Origin: Chiloscyllium plagiosum
Lineage: Eukaryota
Direction: 5' to 3'
DNA length: 64,000 bases
Assembly: GCF_004010195.1 (NCBI RefSeq)
Contig: NC_057718.1
Location: forward strand, 87,416,606 to 87,480,605
Shown piece by piece: positions 12,452 through 24,769 of the stretch. Position numbers and translations under genes: made by a program. Positions within the stretch are counted from its first letter, which is position 1. Every line of letters starts with the position of its first letter. A model generated the notes under the pieces. The model saw nothing but the letters and a program-made list of their open reading frames with translations, was not told the DNA's origin and ran no database searches.

Positions 12452-12811
12452 TCATTTTGTATTGTAGCCATTCTTTGATTCTAATATGGACTTGATTTTC
12501 TACTTGTTACTTTTTCAACTGGCTTTCTGTTGAATATTTGTGGACCTGCAGCGTCTTCATAAAACTCAATAGAAAAGGCTTTTAACAGTGAACAATTCCC
12601 ATATATTTTGTTTAAGGAGTCATTAATATAAAACACCATAATCATCTATATGCAAATCTTTGCAGTATTCTCTTTTCCATTATAATTAGGCATTAAGAAA
12701 TCATTGTGTACAATCTTTACCCAATTTATGACCTGGTGAATGGATTCTCTTGTAGATTTTAACTTGGAGGAAGTTAACTTTCAGTGTTTTTAATGGATGT
12801 TTTTAATGAAA

Positions 12812-13288
12812 TTCTGGATGTAGGTTTGTTCGCTGAGCTGGAAGGTTTATTTCCAGATGTTTCGTCACTCTACTAGGTAACATCTTCAGTGGGCCTCCGA
12901 TGAAGCACTGCTGATAAGTCCTGTTTTCTATTTATATGTTTGGGTTTCTTTGGGTTGGTGATGTCATTTCCTGTGGCAAAGTCACTTGCTGTTCTTTTTC
13001 TCACGGGGTGGTAGATGGGGTCTAAATCTATCAACAAACGCATCGAGTTAGACCCCATCTATCACCCCGTGAGAAAAAGAACAGGAAGTACCTTTGCCAT
13101 GGGAAATGACATCACCAACCCAAAAAAACCCAACATATAAATAGAAAGCAGGATTTAGCAGTGCTTCGCCTGAGGCCCACTGAAGATGTTACCTTTGTAG
13201 GATGACGAAATGTCTGGAAATGAACTTTCCAACTCTGAGCAAACCTACATCCAGAACCTCAACCTGAGCTACAAATCTTCTCAAAACT
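12812..13288 (+). mobile_element. Fold-back Penelope-like element (3' end only)
   Basis: Inverted arms 12812-13025 and 13048-13256, 22-nt loop, unpaired 3' tail GAGCTACAAATCTTC shared with the 33.8 kb element. Encodes SINKRIELDPIYHP, homologous to the GIY-YIG C-terminus at 33.6 kb. Confidence 0.88.
13177..13217 (+). ncRNA. Minimal type I hammerhead ribozyme motif, sense to the STXBP5 pre-mRNA
   Basis: CCA CTGAAGA T GTTACC TTTGTA GGATGAC GAAA T GTC TGG: stem I CCA/TGG, core boxes, GUC triplet. A mirror copy lies on the minus strand at about 12853-12892. Confidence 0.72.
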
Positions 13289-13330
13289 TGCTTTTTGAAA
13301 TGCGTCAATGCTCTTTTTTTTGTCTTCCAG

Positions 13331-13478
13331 TTATCCTATATTTGAGAACCCATACCCTTTGGATATACATGAATCACCTGTCACCTGTTGCGAGTATTTT
13401 GCTGACTGCCCTGTGGATTTAATTCCTGCACTTTATTCTGTTGGGGCAAAGCAGAAACGGCAAGGATACAGTAAAAAG
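13331..13478 (+). CDS. STXBP5: Tomosyn-1 exon (148 bp), YPIFENPYPLDIHESPVTCCEYFADCPVDLIPALYSVGAKQKRQGYSKK
   Basis: T-rich tract, ttccag| acceptor, AAG|gtttac donor. Lies within ORF 13308..13505. Confidence 0.96.
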
Positions 13479-14087
13479 GTTTACAGTTTGTTTTTCAAAT
13501 GTTAAAATAACACCGAGGAAATACATAGCCATGCAAGTTGTATTTTCAATTTCAAGCAGGTTTCTGCAGAACTTCCTTGCTATTTAGATGATGTATGCAT
13601 CACACCATTAAAATATTTCCTGACTAATGTCTGCTCAGTTGACCTCCTTACATAGATGAATCGACACATATCTGCACATTTCTGGTATTACTGTTGCCAT
13701 TTTCGCAGTTCCACATATATTTAGGCCACCTTCTCATTGTTAACAGTTTTTGGTTTGTAAAATTAGAATTTTTAAAATTCCTTTTTAAATTGCAGTGCAT
13801 ATAATAGCGCAATGATTATACCTAGTCCATTTATTGTCACCTTTAAGAACAAAAGTGGTGTTGGAACAAATTGTATCCAAAGCAGGAGCACATATCTACC
13901 CTTGAAGGATTGGTACATTGACCATCTTTGTGCCTCAATCTTATTTTATTTTTATTCCTTCTTTCAACCCTGCATTAATCGTTTTTGTGACAAGTTTCCA
14001 ATGTTGCACTAATGGGATCTTGAGTTGCAGAGCTGTTTGTTCAGAGTTTGATGTTTGATCAAGTGGTCCTCAGCCTTGCCTTGTATT

Positions 14088-14242
14088 CATGCTGTGGAGG
14101 AGCTGGTGTTGGACTGGGGTGGATAGTTAAAAATCTCTCAACACCAGGTTATAGTCCAGCAGGTTTATTTGAAAGTACAGGCTTTTACTTTCAAATAAAG
14201 CTGTTGGACTATAACCTGGTATTGTGTGACTTTTAGCTTTGT
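14088..14242. mobile_element. Small fold-back element (Penelope-like terminal-repeat family, as at 46390)
   Basis: ACCAGGTTATAGTCCAGCAGGTTTATTTGAAAGTA pairs with TACTTTCAAATAAAGCTGTTGGACTATAACCTGGT. CTTGTATT direct repeat at 14080-14087 and 14243-14250. Confidence 0.75.
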
Positions 14243-14955
14243 CTTGTATTAGAATTCTTTATTTTAAGTTCTTGGTTTTCCTGCCCTTTTACTCTTGCAC
14301 TGAAAGCAGAAAGATATTTTTCCTGTTGGCTCTGGATGGTTCTTGCTGTGCTGCTCTCACCAGTCTGTAGCAAACTGCAGCTAGACCAATCAGTGGGTTG
14401 TCATTGGGCAGTTTTCCTTTAACTCAAGTTCTAGTGACATTCTGACTTACTATAGCAATCCATCCGCTCCAATAGCGACATAGCCTTGACTTGATTTTTC
14501 CATCTTACCTGATATTTCAACTTAGCAGTGTTCAACTTATAGTTTAAAAAGAAAAGATATGTGATTCTTTACGTGAATGTTTTCAGAGTGGTTTTATTTC
14601 TTGACTGAAGTTTTGAAACTTGACACTCATGACCATGTTTACAGATGTGTTAGTTCTGTATGACTTGAAATACAACAGGAAATAGCAGGCTCGTATGTTC
14701 CTGAAGAAGCCAAATTATAGCTAGGAAATAGTTAATTATGGGATTATTGACCTCCTTTGCTACTGTCCTTCAAGCAAAGAGCTGGTTTGTGGCAGTCTTG
14801 TTATTGGATACTGTTTTTATTTGATCCATTGCTTACGTTTCAAATTGTTCTTGGAGGCAAAGCTAATACTACTTATGCAGCAGGCTCCCAGGAGTAACGG
14901 GCAATTATTAGTACAACACTCCTCTAGAAATTGTGGTCAGCTAGATATCTGGATA

Positions 14956-15172
14956 CAGTTGGTTCTGCTATAATGCAATAGTTCTGTTCTCATGTAATCT
15001 CGCGATAAGAAAATCACTCCGTAGCCGTGCCATTTAAACTAATGGGGACAGAATCTCTTTATAGCCAATACAATTAATGAAAGTGCTCATTCTACAAATA
15101 ATGACCTAAGTTCTTCGATTGCGTAAAACCTAATTTGTGTTGAAGAAACATGCATTATAGCAGAACAGACTG
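14956..15172. mobile_element. Tc1/mariner (Tigger-like) MITE
   Basis: TA followed by TIR CAGTTGGTTCTGCTATAATGCA. Right TIR TGCATTATAGCAGAACAGACTG. Related copy at 38265-38482. Confidence 0.78.
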
Positions 15173-15237
15173 GATTATGATTAGTGGCAAGGATATCTTC
15201 CTCCAACTTTTTTAATGTCTACATTTATGTCTTCAAG

Positions 15238-15305
15238 GAATGGCCCATCAATGGAGGTAATTGGGGTTTAGGCACGCAGAGCTACCCAGAGATTATTATT
15301 ACAGG
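15238..15305 (+). CDS. STXBP5: Tomosyn-1 exon (68 bp), EWPINGGNWGLGTQSYPEIIITG
   Basis: cttcaag|GAA...ACAGG|gtaagt. Confidence 0.96.
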
Positions 15306-16765
15306 GTAAGTAAAGAATGTTAAATATCCCAGTAATTTATATGAAGTATGTTTAGTACTTTGGAGTATTAAGCATATTATTAATGTTTGTAAAATGTGGG
15401 TTGAAACAGATGCAGTAAACATATCCTCCCATATCTATGCTCTTGTAATTCTCATGCACCTGGCAAAAATTTCCAAGAAAATTTTTCATACTTATGAAAG
15501 TTCTACAAAAATGTCAGTTTGAGCTTGGTGCACCAAATTTCCAATAATCACCATTGCCCGTCTTACTCCATCATGCATGCACCATTACAGTAGTAGCTAG
15601 TTGAATTTGTGGTCGCGTTTGATCGGAAATCTTTTACTTATCAATTCGCTATGTCACTGAAGAATACTTCTATTGGCAAGCAAAAATGTATTGTTTTGAG
15701 ATTGAGCGAGTAAGCTACATTGCCCTAATTCCATATACATATATAAATGATGAGAAAAGGATAAGGTAATTGGGTAATTTCTTTGGAGAAACAGACTTTG
15801 AGATGATAATGCTTGTTCCAAGAGTATACAGGAAATTGACAGGAACGCCTTTCAGTTGCAATGACTTAAACATTAAATCATAGGGGATACAATACAAAGG
15901 AAGGAAACATGTCATAAAGGTTTTATCTGAAAATAGTAAGGCAGATTGCAAAAATAGATTTTGGCATACTTGACCTTTGCTGAAGGAATGCACTGGATCA
16001 AGCAACTGTTATTTCCTAAAAATTATTTTTTATTCAGTTCCTTTGCAAAATACCAATAAATAAGTTTCTTACATCTGCCTTAGAAATCTGGCACATGAGG
16101 CTCTTTGGTCAGTTAATGACCCTTGTTTGTAGAATTAACAAGCATTTACTGGGCTGAGGTTTGGTTTTTGCTATTGGCAAGTGAGTGTTTGAATAGCAAT
16201 CCTGCTCCGCTTCCGCATCTCCAGCGATCACCAGAATCAGTTACCTAGCATGTCTGATCTTGGTGCAGTGATCTCTAGCTGCACCTCCTCTATTGCTAGC
16301 AGATTATAAAGCATTATGTGTTGGGTACCCTAAAATCCCTTTTGTAACAACATTTGTGGAAGTATCATCACAAGGACTAGGATCATCATATTCTAGGGCA
16401 ACAAGTGAGGATGTTGAATATGCCCTTGTCAATATCATCCATATTCTAAGAACAACTAAAACAAGTCCTAACAATTCTGATTGGGTGACCAGCTTGGTTT
16501 CAGCTTGGTCTTAACTGCTTGAAATGAAATTATATTTGTTCACTTTAGAAATTGGATTTGATTATTTATTCTTAAAAGAAAAACTTTTTGTATGATAGTA
16601 AGGATTAATGTAAACAGGTGAATCAAGAACAAATAGATTGAAAGGATTCTGAAACAAATCTTGTGTAAGTGCCATTATGCTTTTTAGACAACTGTCAAAA
16701 TCTTTGGGGAAAAGAAAATGTCAGTCAACAAAATATTAAGATCTTTTTTTTTCATTTACTTTAAG

Positions 16766-16806
16766 GCATGCAGATGGATCATTGAAGTTCTGGGATGCGT
16801 CTGCCA
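16766..16806 (+). CDS. STXBP5: Tomosyn-1 exon (41 bp), HADGSLKFWDASA (WD dipeptide of a WD40 repeat)
   Basis: ctttaag|G CAT...GCC A|gtaagt. Confidence 0.95.
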
Positions 16807-17535
16807 GTAAGTTGGATAGATTCATTCAGATATCCAAGATGAAATGTTCTGCTCAAGGATCAATTTATTGCTGTGTATTTTAAAATGCTGATTTTCTTCC
16901 CTTGTGGACGTTACTACAGAAAGCTGATGTGATAACTGCATTTTGAAAGATGAGGCCAAAATAGTCTTGACGTAACCATGTGCTTGCCTTTCATCCTTGA
17001 TGCAGGCAAAACAGGATATTCTTCTGGTAAATTAAGTTTAACAGGTAGTGAGTCTTATGAGAATTTCAAACAAATGGTTGGTTAAATATGGCAAAAAAAA
17101 ATCTCTCCTTTCTTATGGTATATGGAAGACAATTTAGTTTGAACAGTGCAAATTTCTTTTTCTCTTTTCTTTTGTTGACATTGAAAGTTGTTAAATTTGA
17201 CTTGATGTCACTAATACTAGTTATTTATATATAGGTATATATAGATTTACTTGAGTGAATACAGTAGAATGTTTTTAATGGCATACAATTTTGCCCATTT
17301 GTCCATTTCTAGGAGAACACCAGCATGTCTCTTTTGAGGACAGCAGTTTGTTTTTTTGATGTTCACTAGTTGGTTCCTGACAGCTTTTCTAGAAACAAAC
17401 AATATTGTGGTCTATCATAGTAAGCAAGAGCTCAATGCTAAATATACATTAGGTTATCATTTAATTTGCAACAGATCTACTAATTTTTCATTGAATGTTC
17501 TTATTCTCTGCATTTTGATTTTTCTTGCTTGTTAG

Positions 17536-17756
17536 TAACATTACAAGTTTTGTATAAAATGAAAACATCCAAGGTATTTGAAAAATCTCGGAATAAGGAG
17601 GAGAAACCAAACACAGACATAGTGGATGAAGACCCTTATGCCATTCAAATAATCACATGGTGTCCTGAAAGCAGAATGCTGTGCGTGGCAGGAGTATCAG
17701 CACATGTAATCGTTTACAAATTCAGCAGACAGGAAGTGACAACAGAGGCTATTCAG
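17536..17756 (+). CDS. STXBP5: Tomosyn-1 exon (221 bp), ITLQVLYKMKTSKVFEKSRNKEEKPNTDIVDEDPYAIQIITWCPESRMLCVAGVSAHVIVYKFSRQEVTTEAIQ
   Basis: ttgttag| acceptor, CAG|gtataa donor. Lies within ORF 17529..17762. Confidence 0.96.
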
Positions 17757-17953
17757 GTATAACCAACAATTAAATGGCAGTTGCTGGCATTGAATTCCTA
17801 CTGATGTAATAATAACTGACTGCATTTATCTTAAATCACAGCCGAGAACAAAAGGCCATTTTTCCTATGTTTGGTGTCCATGTTGATCAGCCCTCTTCAG
17901 CCATGACATGCGATACTTGCATTAGTGATCAACCTCAGTTTTTTTTGCCCATG

Positions 17954-19392
17954 TAGAGTCATAGAGCTGTACAGCATGGAAACAGACGCTTTGGTCCAAA
18001 TCGCTTATGCTGTCCATATATCCTAATTTAATCTAGTCCCATTTGCTAGCATTTGGCCAATATCCACCCAAACCCTTCCTATTCATATACCCATCCAGAT
18101 GCCTTTTTAATGTTGTAATTGTACGGGCCTCCATCCACTTCCTCTGGCAGCTCATTCAAATATGCAGCATTCTCTGCGTGAAAACGTTGCCCCTTATGTC
18201 CTTTTAAATCTTTCCCCACTCACCTTAAACCTACACCCTCTAGTTTTGGACTCCTCCACCTCAGGGAAGAGACTTTGTCTATTTGTCCTATCCAAGCCCT
18301 TCATGATTTTATAAACCTCTCCATAAGGTCATCCCTCAGCCTCCGACGCTCCAGGAGACAGCCCCAGCCTGTTTAGCCTCTCCCTATAGCTCAAATCCTC
18401 CAACCCTGGAAACATCCTTGTAAATCTTTTCTGAGCCCTTTTCAAGTTTCACAAATCCTTCCTATAGGGGGAGACCAAAATTGCACTCGGTATTGCAAAA
18501 GTGGCCTAACCAATGTCCTGTACAGTGGCTACATGACCTTTCAACTCCTATACTCAATGCACTGACCAATAAAGCACCCAAATGCCACTTCACTATCCCG
18601 TCTACCTACTACTTTCAAGGAACTATGAGCCTGCATTCCCCCAAGGTCTTTGTTCAGCAGCACTCCCCAGGTCCTTACCATTTAGTGTATAAATCCTGCC
18701 CTGATTTGTCTTTCTAAAATGCAGAACCTCACACTTAGAAAAATTAAACTCCATCTGCCACTCCTCGGCCCAGTGGCCCCTCTGATCAAGGTCCTGTTGT
18801 ACTGAGGTAACCTCCTTGGTTGTCCACTATGCCACTAATTTTGGTGTCATTTGCAAACTTAATAGCCACACCTCCTATGTTCACATCCAAATCATTGATA
18901 TGAATGACAAAAAGCAGTGGGTCCAGCACTGGTCCTTGTGGCACGCTGCTGGTCACAGATCTTCAGTCTGAAAAGCAACTCTGAACTACCGCCCTTTATC
19001 TCCTGCCTTCCAGCCAGTTTTGTATCAGAGTGGCTAGTTCACATTGTATTCCATATCATTTAACTTTATTAACCAATCTACCTTGTGGAATCTTGTCAAA
19101 CGCTGTACTGAAATCCATATAGATCACGTCCGCCACTCTGACTTCTTCAGTCCTCTTTGCTACTTCAATAAACTCAATAAGGTTAGTGTGACACAATTTC
19201 CCATGCATAAAGCCACGTTGATTATCCCTAACCAGTCCTTGCCTTTCCAAATACATGTAAATCCAGGATGCCCTCCAACAACTTGCCCACCAATGATTCC
19301 AGGCTCTCTGGTTTATAGTTCCCTGGCCTTTCCTTGCCACCTTTCTTAAATAGTGGCACCATGTTAGCCAGCCTCTGGTCTTCCAGCACCTC
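17954..19392 (-). mobile_element. CR1 LINE, 5'-truncated, degenerate RT
   Basis: Minus ORFs give PLFKKGGKERPGNYKP, GFMHGKLCHTNLIEF and YMDFSTAFDKIP. CTCTATGACTCTA tail. Confidence 0.92.
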
Positions 19393-20476
19393 AAAATGCA
19401 AAGTAGTTAGGGCTGTCACGTACTGTCTCTCTCAACTCTAGAAAAAGAAAACAGTCTGCCCCTTTTGATTTTTAAGAGGAAGGCTCGCTGTCTAATACTT
19501 CACTGTAGTAGTGGAGAACTCAAGTCTTTTACTCGACAACCAACAGAAACCTTCCAACTAACTGAAAGCAAAACTAAAAATCTTCCTGGGTTTATGTGAG
19601 CCCTGACTCATAATTCTTTTGACTTTTTTTAAAAAAAGAACACAGAAAGAACTCAAAAGCTGCTTACCAACTCCGAGTGAAGGACACATACTGGCACCAC
19701 TGTGGCAACACTCCTGTATGAAAGAAACACAGAACACCTATTTTAAAGGACACAAATCATCACCAAGTGCAGCATGCCTTCAGCAGCGCTTTATTTTTAA
19801 AACAGTCCTTTTTCTATTTCAGTTCATAACTAAAGTACAGAAAATTTAAATAAATTGTCTCTATACTGTTACCTTCTGTTTACTGACATGCTGGCCAGAG
19901 AAACCCCTTTCATTTTATTTAATCTGTCATATTCCTACATAATTTTGACCATATCTATGAAATACCATTGAAAATCATACCAGGATGCATCAGTAGCAGT
20001 CTATCTAAATGAATAACAGTGCATTAAAGAAACCTAGCTAACCTGAAATATTTGTGGGTCTGTAAACTAGCATAGTAATTTTCTATCAGGAGTTGACATA
20101 ACTCAGCAGTTATGTATTTAGGATTATATTTAAGCCTTGAAGCTTGCTGGATCCAAGTCCACAAGTTGAGAGCCCAGAATTAGTCCATTTAGATGTCATT
20201 GTGAACTCTACTGTTCTTAACTGAAACTGTGCTGTTACCTTTCGTCGTGTTGCCTCAAAAGCTACATTCCAGTATTACAAAATGATGTAATCATCCTTAT
20301 TCTTTACAGCTCTGTACATTACTGTTTTATCAGGTTAAACAGTTGGAACGAAAACTCAGTTAGTTGAATTTAGATAAGAACCATCTTGCTTCTGTTAAAT
20401 AAGTTCCTGGAAATTTAGTGAGTAGATTACTACTGTGAAATAGAGAAATGCCTTCTCTTTCTTCTCTCTGCTACAG

Positions 20477-20652
20477 ATGCTCGAAATACGATTGCTTTAT
20501 GAAATAAATGATCTAGACTCACCAGAAACCGATCAAATACCTTTGGGAGCACCATGCCAGGGGCCAAACTCTCAGACTGCAAATTCTCAGTCTCATCCCT
20601 CTACAAGCAGCAGCTCATCTGATGGTCTTCGTGATAACGTGCCCTGTTTAAA
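20477..20652 (+). CDS. STXBP5: Tomosyn-1 exon (176 bp), MLEIRLLYEINDLDSPETDQIPLGAPCQGPNSQTANSQSHPSTSSSSSDGLRDNVPCLK
   Basis: ctctgctacag|ATG...TTA AA|gtaggt. SHPSTSSSSSDGLRDNVPCLK matches recalled STXBP5. Confidence 0.95.
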
Positions 20653-21164
20653 GTAGGTATTGATCAGGAAGTCCTGAAATGTTTACAGCCTTACTGCAAA
20701 TTCATCACTTTTGAGTGTAATTGCTGATGTAATATGGGAAATGCAAAACATTGTGATAAATGGCCATCTTCCTCTTGCTGTCACTCTCCACTGTTCTGTG
20801 ATATTGTTTGAGGGCACTTGGAATAAATTCCTTTTTGCTTTAGTGCCATAGATTAATTTTAGTCCCATTTGAGACCAGATGGAGCCCCAGTTTTGCATTT
20901 CGTTTGAAACTGGATGCTTCTGATGCTGGAGTGTCAGTCTGGAATTTTGTCATGAAGTTTTAGATTGAAACTGAAACTCCGTGATCTGACTCCCATTAAA
21001 GAGTGCTTCAAGAATGCTGTGGATAATGCACAGTCAAAATAGTATGGATTGTATAATGTGTCAAAGAACAAATTGATGTGATTGTATCAGTCACAGCACT
21101 AACCTACATAACCTTTCATCTGTTGTCAGGTGAATTTGACTGTACATGCTCATTGTGTTCACCA

Positions 21165-21445
21165 TGTTTTAGCTTGGCTCAGTTGATTGTGCTCTTGCCC
21201 CTTGAGTTGGGCTGTAGGGAGAAGTCCCACTCCAGCAATGTAACCTAGCCTAAGTTGTCAATAAAATAACAGTACTGCATTGTCAGAGGTACTGTCTTAA
21301 GTAGAGGCAGTCATTGCCAAAAAAATTAATTAATCTCATTTGTTGTTTGAGCTTTGCTATGTGTAAATATTGCTTCTAACAATGACTACATTTGAGTAAT
21401 GACAGGTTTATAAAGCCCTTGGGGGCATATTCAAAATGTGTAACG
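21165..21445 (+). mobile_element. Degenerate Deu-domain SINE
   Basis: TTGGCTCAGTTG head, AAGTCCCACTCCAG and CAGTACTGCATTGTCAGAGGTACTGTCTT. Confidence 0.5.
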
Positions 21446-22419
21446 TACTGTCGAGTACAAGTTCTCAACAATTTAAACTTTCCTTTTATTTCTTATGAAA
21501 TATACAATCAATTAATTTTCATAATGTCAATTTCAAAAGGTACTAATTCCTCAGTAGAAAAACCTAATTTCAAGGATTCAACTTTCAACCTCAATAATGT
21601 CTATTTATATAATTTTTCTAAAATGGTAATCAGCATGCATTTCTGAAACAATTTTTGACATATAGCCATTGCTGGAGTAGAAGACCAAAAATTTGCATGA
21701 ACTAGTGATAACAAGTATCTTCATGTTCGAAAAACAGGCGGGGAGGTTATGTCAGGAATGAGCGTTTTATTGCTGAAAAGAGACAAGTTGTTAATTTTTT
21801 TTGTCCTGCATGCATTAGGCAAATGTAAGAATGTTGATTGTCAAGCTATCATGAGACCAAAGCTTGATTGGCAAATTGACTCTGATTAGTTAAGGTCTAG
21901 AGAAAAGATGGGGGAACTTTAGGGTCTGCATACTTCCTGGTAATTGAAAGACCACAAGACTTGAACATATTCTTTCTATTTGCAGAGTTTGAGTTTCTGC
22001 ATATGAAGGTATGTCACTTCCAGCAAACCTAAATGAGCCATGTTAAGAGCTCAGTTTCTTATCTTAAGTTGTTTGTGTAGCTATTAGCTCACTCAGGATT
22101 GTTCAAGAAGTTCAGTTGCTGAGTCACATCTAACAGTAAATGTCTATTGGACTTCTGAGAGTAATAAGGTACCTTGTGTGCACACGACAGGATTTATCAT
22201 CATGGCTTACTGCATTCACACACAAACTGTCAGAGATGCACAAAAATAATGCCCCTTTATGTCCTATTTTAGCATTAACCATTTCTGCACACCATGGCCA
22301 AATAGTGGAGTGAGTTACTACAGCCTGTTCAGTGAGTCTTCCACTTACACTGTGAAGGGATACTTTGCTAAGGCTAGGTGCAATATATAGATTGATAACA
22401 ATGTTTTGTTTTGCCTGTT

Positions 22420-22771
22420 GGCGAGGTGATGATGACATACTGGTAATATTACTGGATTAATAATTCAAAGCCCCAGTCTGATGCCTGAGCGTGGGTTGAA
22501 ATGCCACCATGACAGTTGATGGAATTTCCATTTGATTAATGTATCTGAATTGAAAATTGGTTTCATACTGACTATGAGCTATCAATTATCCTAAAAACCC
22601 ATCTGGTTTACTGGTGCCCTTTATTGAAAGAAATCTGTCAGCTACATGTCTCCAGAACTAGAATAATGTGGTTCATTCTTAAGCATCTGTTAAAGTAGCC
22701 TTGCAAGTTGTTCAGTTCAAGGGCAACAGGTACTGGGTAGGAAATGCTGGACCATGTCAGTGACGTCCATA
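22420..22771 (+). mobile_element. tRNA-headed SINE, family unassigned
   Basis: GGGTTGAAATGCCACC B-box-like motif and AAAAACCCATCTGGTTTACT core. A reverse-orientation relative lies at 44640-44990. Confidence 0.6.
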
Positions 22772-23760
22772 TAGAGTCATAGAGAGGTATAGCATGGAAA
22801 CAGACCCATCAGTCCAACACTTCCATGCTGATCAGATATCCTAAATAAATCTAGTCCCGTTTGCCAGCATTTGGCGCATATCCCTCCGAAATTCTTACTA
22901 TTCATATATCCATCGGGTTGCCTTTAAAATCAAAGAATGCCTTAAGTGTGGAAGCAGGCCATTGGGCCCAACAAGTCCACACTGACCCTCTGAAGAATAG
23001 CCCATCCGGACCCATTTCCTTACTACTCTACGTTTACTCCTGACTATGCCCGTAACCTACACATCCCTGAACACTATAGGCAATTTAGCTTCGCCAATTC
23101 ACCTAACCTGCTCATTTTGACTGTGGGAGGAAACTGGAGCACCTGGAGGAAATCCATGCTGACGCTGGGAGAATGTGCAAGCACCACACACAGTTGCCAG
23201 AAGCTGGAATCGACTGTGGGTCCTTGGCACTGAGACAGCAGTGCCAGACACCATGCTGCCCCTTGTAATTGTACCAGCCTCCACCACTTCCAGTGGCAGC
23301 TTATTCCTTACACATACCACGTGTGAAAAAGTTGCCCATTAGGTCCCTTTTAAATCTTAAACCTGTGCCTTCTAGTTTTGGACTCCTCCACCCCAGGCAA
23401 AAGACCTTTTTTTTTCTCTCTCTCCATACCCCTCATGATTTTATAAACCTCTATAAGGTCACCCTCAGCCTCTGACTCCAGGGAAAACAGACCCAGCCTA
23501 TTCAGAGTCTCCCTCTACTTCAAATCCTCCAACCCTGGAAACATTCTTGTAAATCTTTTCTGAACCTTTTCAGGTTTAACATCCTTCTTATAGCAGAGAG
23601 ACTAGAATTGCACACAATAATGCAAAAGTGGCTTAACTAAGGACCTTAGCGTTTAGTGTGTAAGTCCTGCCATGATTTGCCATTCCAAAATGTAGCACAT
23701 CACATTTATGTAAATTAAACTACATCTGCTATTCCTTGGCTCATTGGCCCATCTGATCTA
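22772..23760 (-). mobile_element. CR1 3' fragment split by a nested SINE
   Basis: Colinear with 17954-18790 except for the insertion at 22931-23262. Confidence 0.85.
22931..23262 (-). mobile_element. HE1-like V-SINE nested in CR1
   Basis: Same sequence family as 2193-2548. It interrupts CR1 sequence between GCCTTTAAAAT and TTGTAATTGTACCAGCC. Confidence 0.85.
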
Positions 23761-24549
23761 TGAAACAGTTTTTTATAAATTGAGTATTCTGCTGAAGGAA
23801 GTCATCAACATTTGTGCCACATCACTATTATTATGATCCCAGTTGATTGTAATCCTGGACAGATCAGAGCCCAGAACGAAACTTGGCTTGACAGGTCATG
23901 TGTGCTATTTGTGCAGTTTGATTACCAGGGTGCTCAGTCACTGAACATATTCACTCGAGGTTGCCTATGTACTTTTTTTAGCAAAACCACGTAAGATTAT
24001 TACACAGAAGAGAAAAAGCTATGTGACAATTTTGAAAGATCTTATCTTAGACCATATTAAAGAAAAGTTCAACCCTTTTTTTCTAAGCAATATCTTGTAC
24101 AGACACTTGACTCCAGTGAAATATCAATCCTATTATAATTCTTTGGTTTCTTCATTATCTGACGAGATGGCAAGCACTTTCTTTTAGACTTTTTGCGCAT
24201 TCACCAGATGTGATTCAACTTATTCCTATCTCTCCCCAAGATTTACAGACACTAGTGAACTCTCTGTACATTAAGAAGAGTGCTGTTGATGTGAGCAGCT
24301 AAACCGTTTAAGACAGTTTTTCAGTTCTGGGAACCTTGAAGTGGCTTTCTAAATCCTGGAGCTCACAGCTGAAGTTAACCTTCTGCTGGTAGACTCTTAA
24401 GTGTTTATAAAGTTGAACTTTTAACATTTAACACTTCACTATTTCAACTTAAGTTGCATGCTTTTTTTGGAATAATTGGTTTGAACGTCTTCACATGCTG
24501 CTCAAAGATTGCCTTTCTGTCCTTTGTAAAATAAAAGGACGTAATAGTG

Positions 24550-24604
24550 GTGAAAGTGAGGGCTGCAGATGCTGGAGATCAGAGCTGAAAATGTGTTGCT
24601 GGAA
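24550..24604 (-). mobile_element. Penelope terminal-repeat 3' tail fragment
   Basis: GAAAGTGAGGGCTGCAGATGCTGGAG is nearly the reverse complement of 62320-62345. GCTGAAAATGTGTTGCTGGAAA is the reverse complement of 2913-2934. Confidence 0.7.
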
Positions 24605-24769
24605 ATAAGACCAGAAATAAGACCAAACATCCATTTACTTTAGAATCCAAATTCCTAAATATTAACTTTCTTCGCACTCTTTCATGGTGATCTAGACAAG
24701 CTATTATTTTCCGAATATATATTCATTTAGTTTACCAACTTGGCAAGTAATTAAGGTTATAGAATGTTA

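Noticed and set aside
24603..24626. GAAATAAGACCA twice, as an array or CRISPR-like repeat
   Set aside because: Only two adjacent 12-bp copies with no spacers. A simple micro-duplication at a repeat junction.
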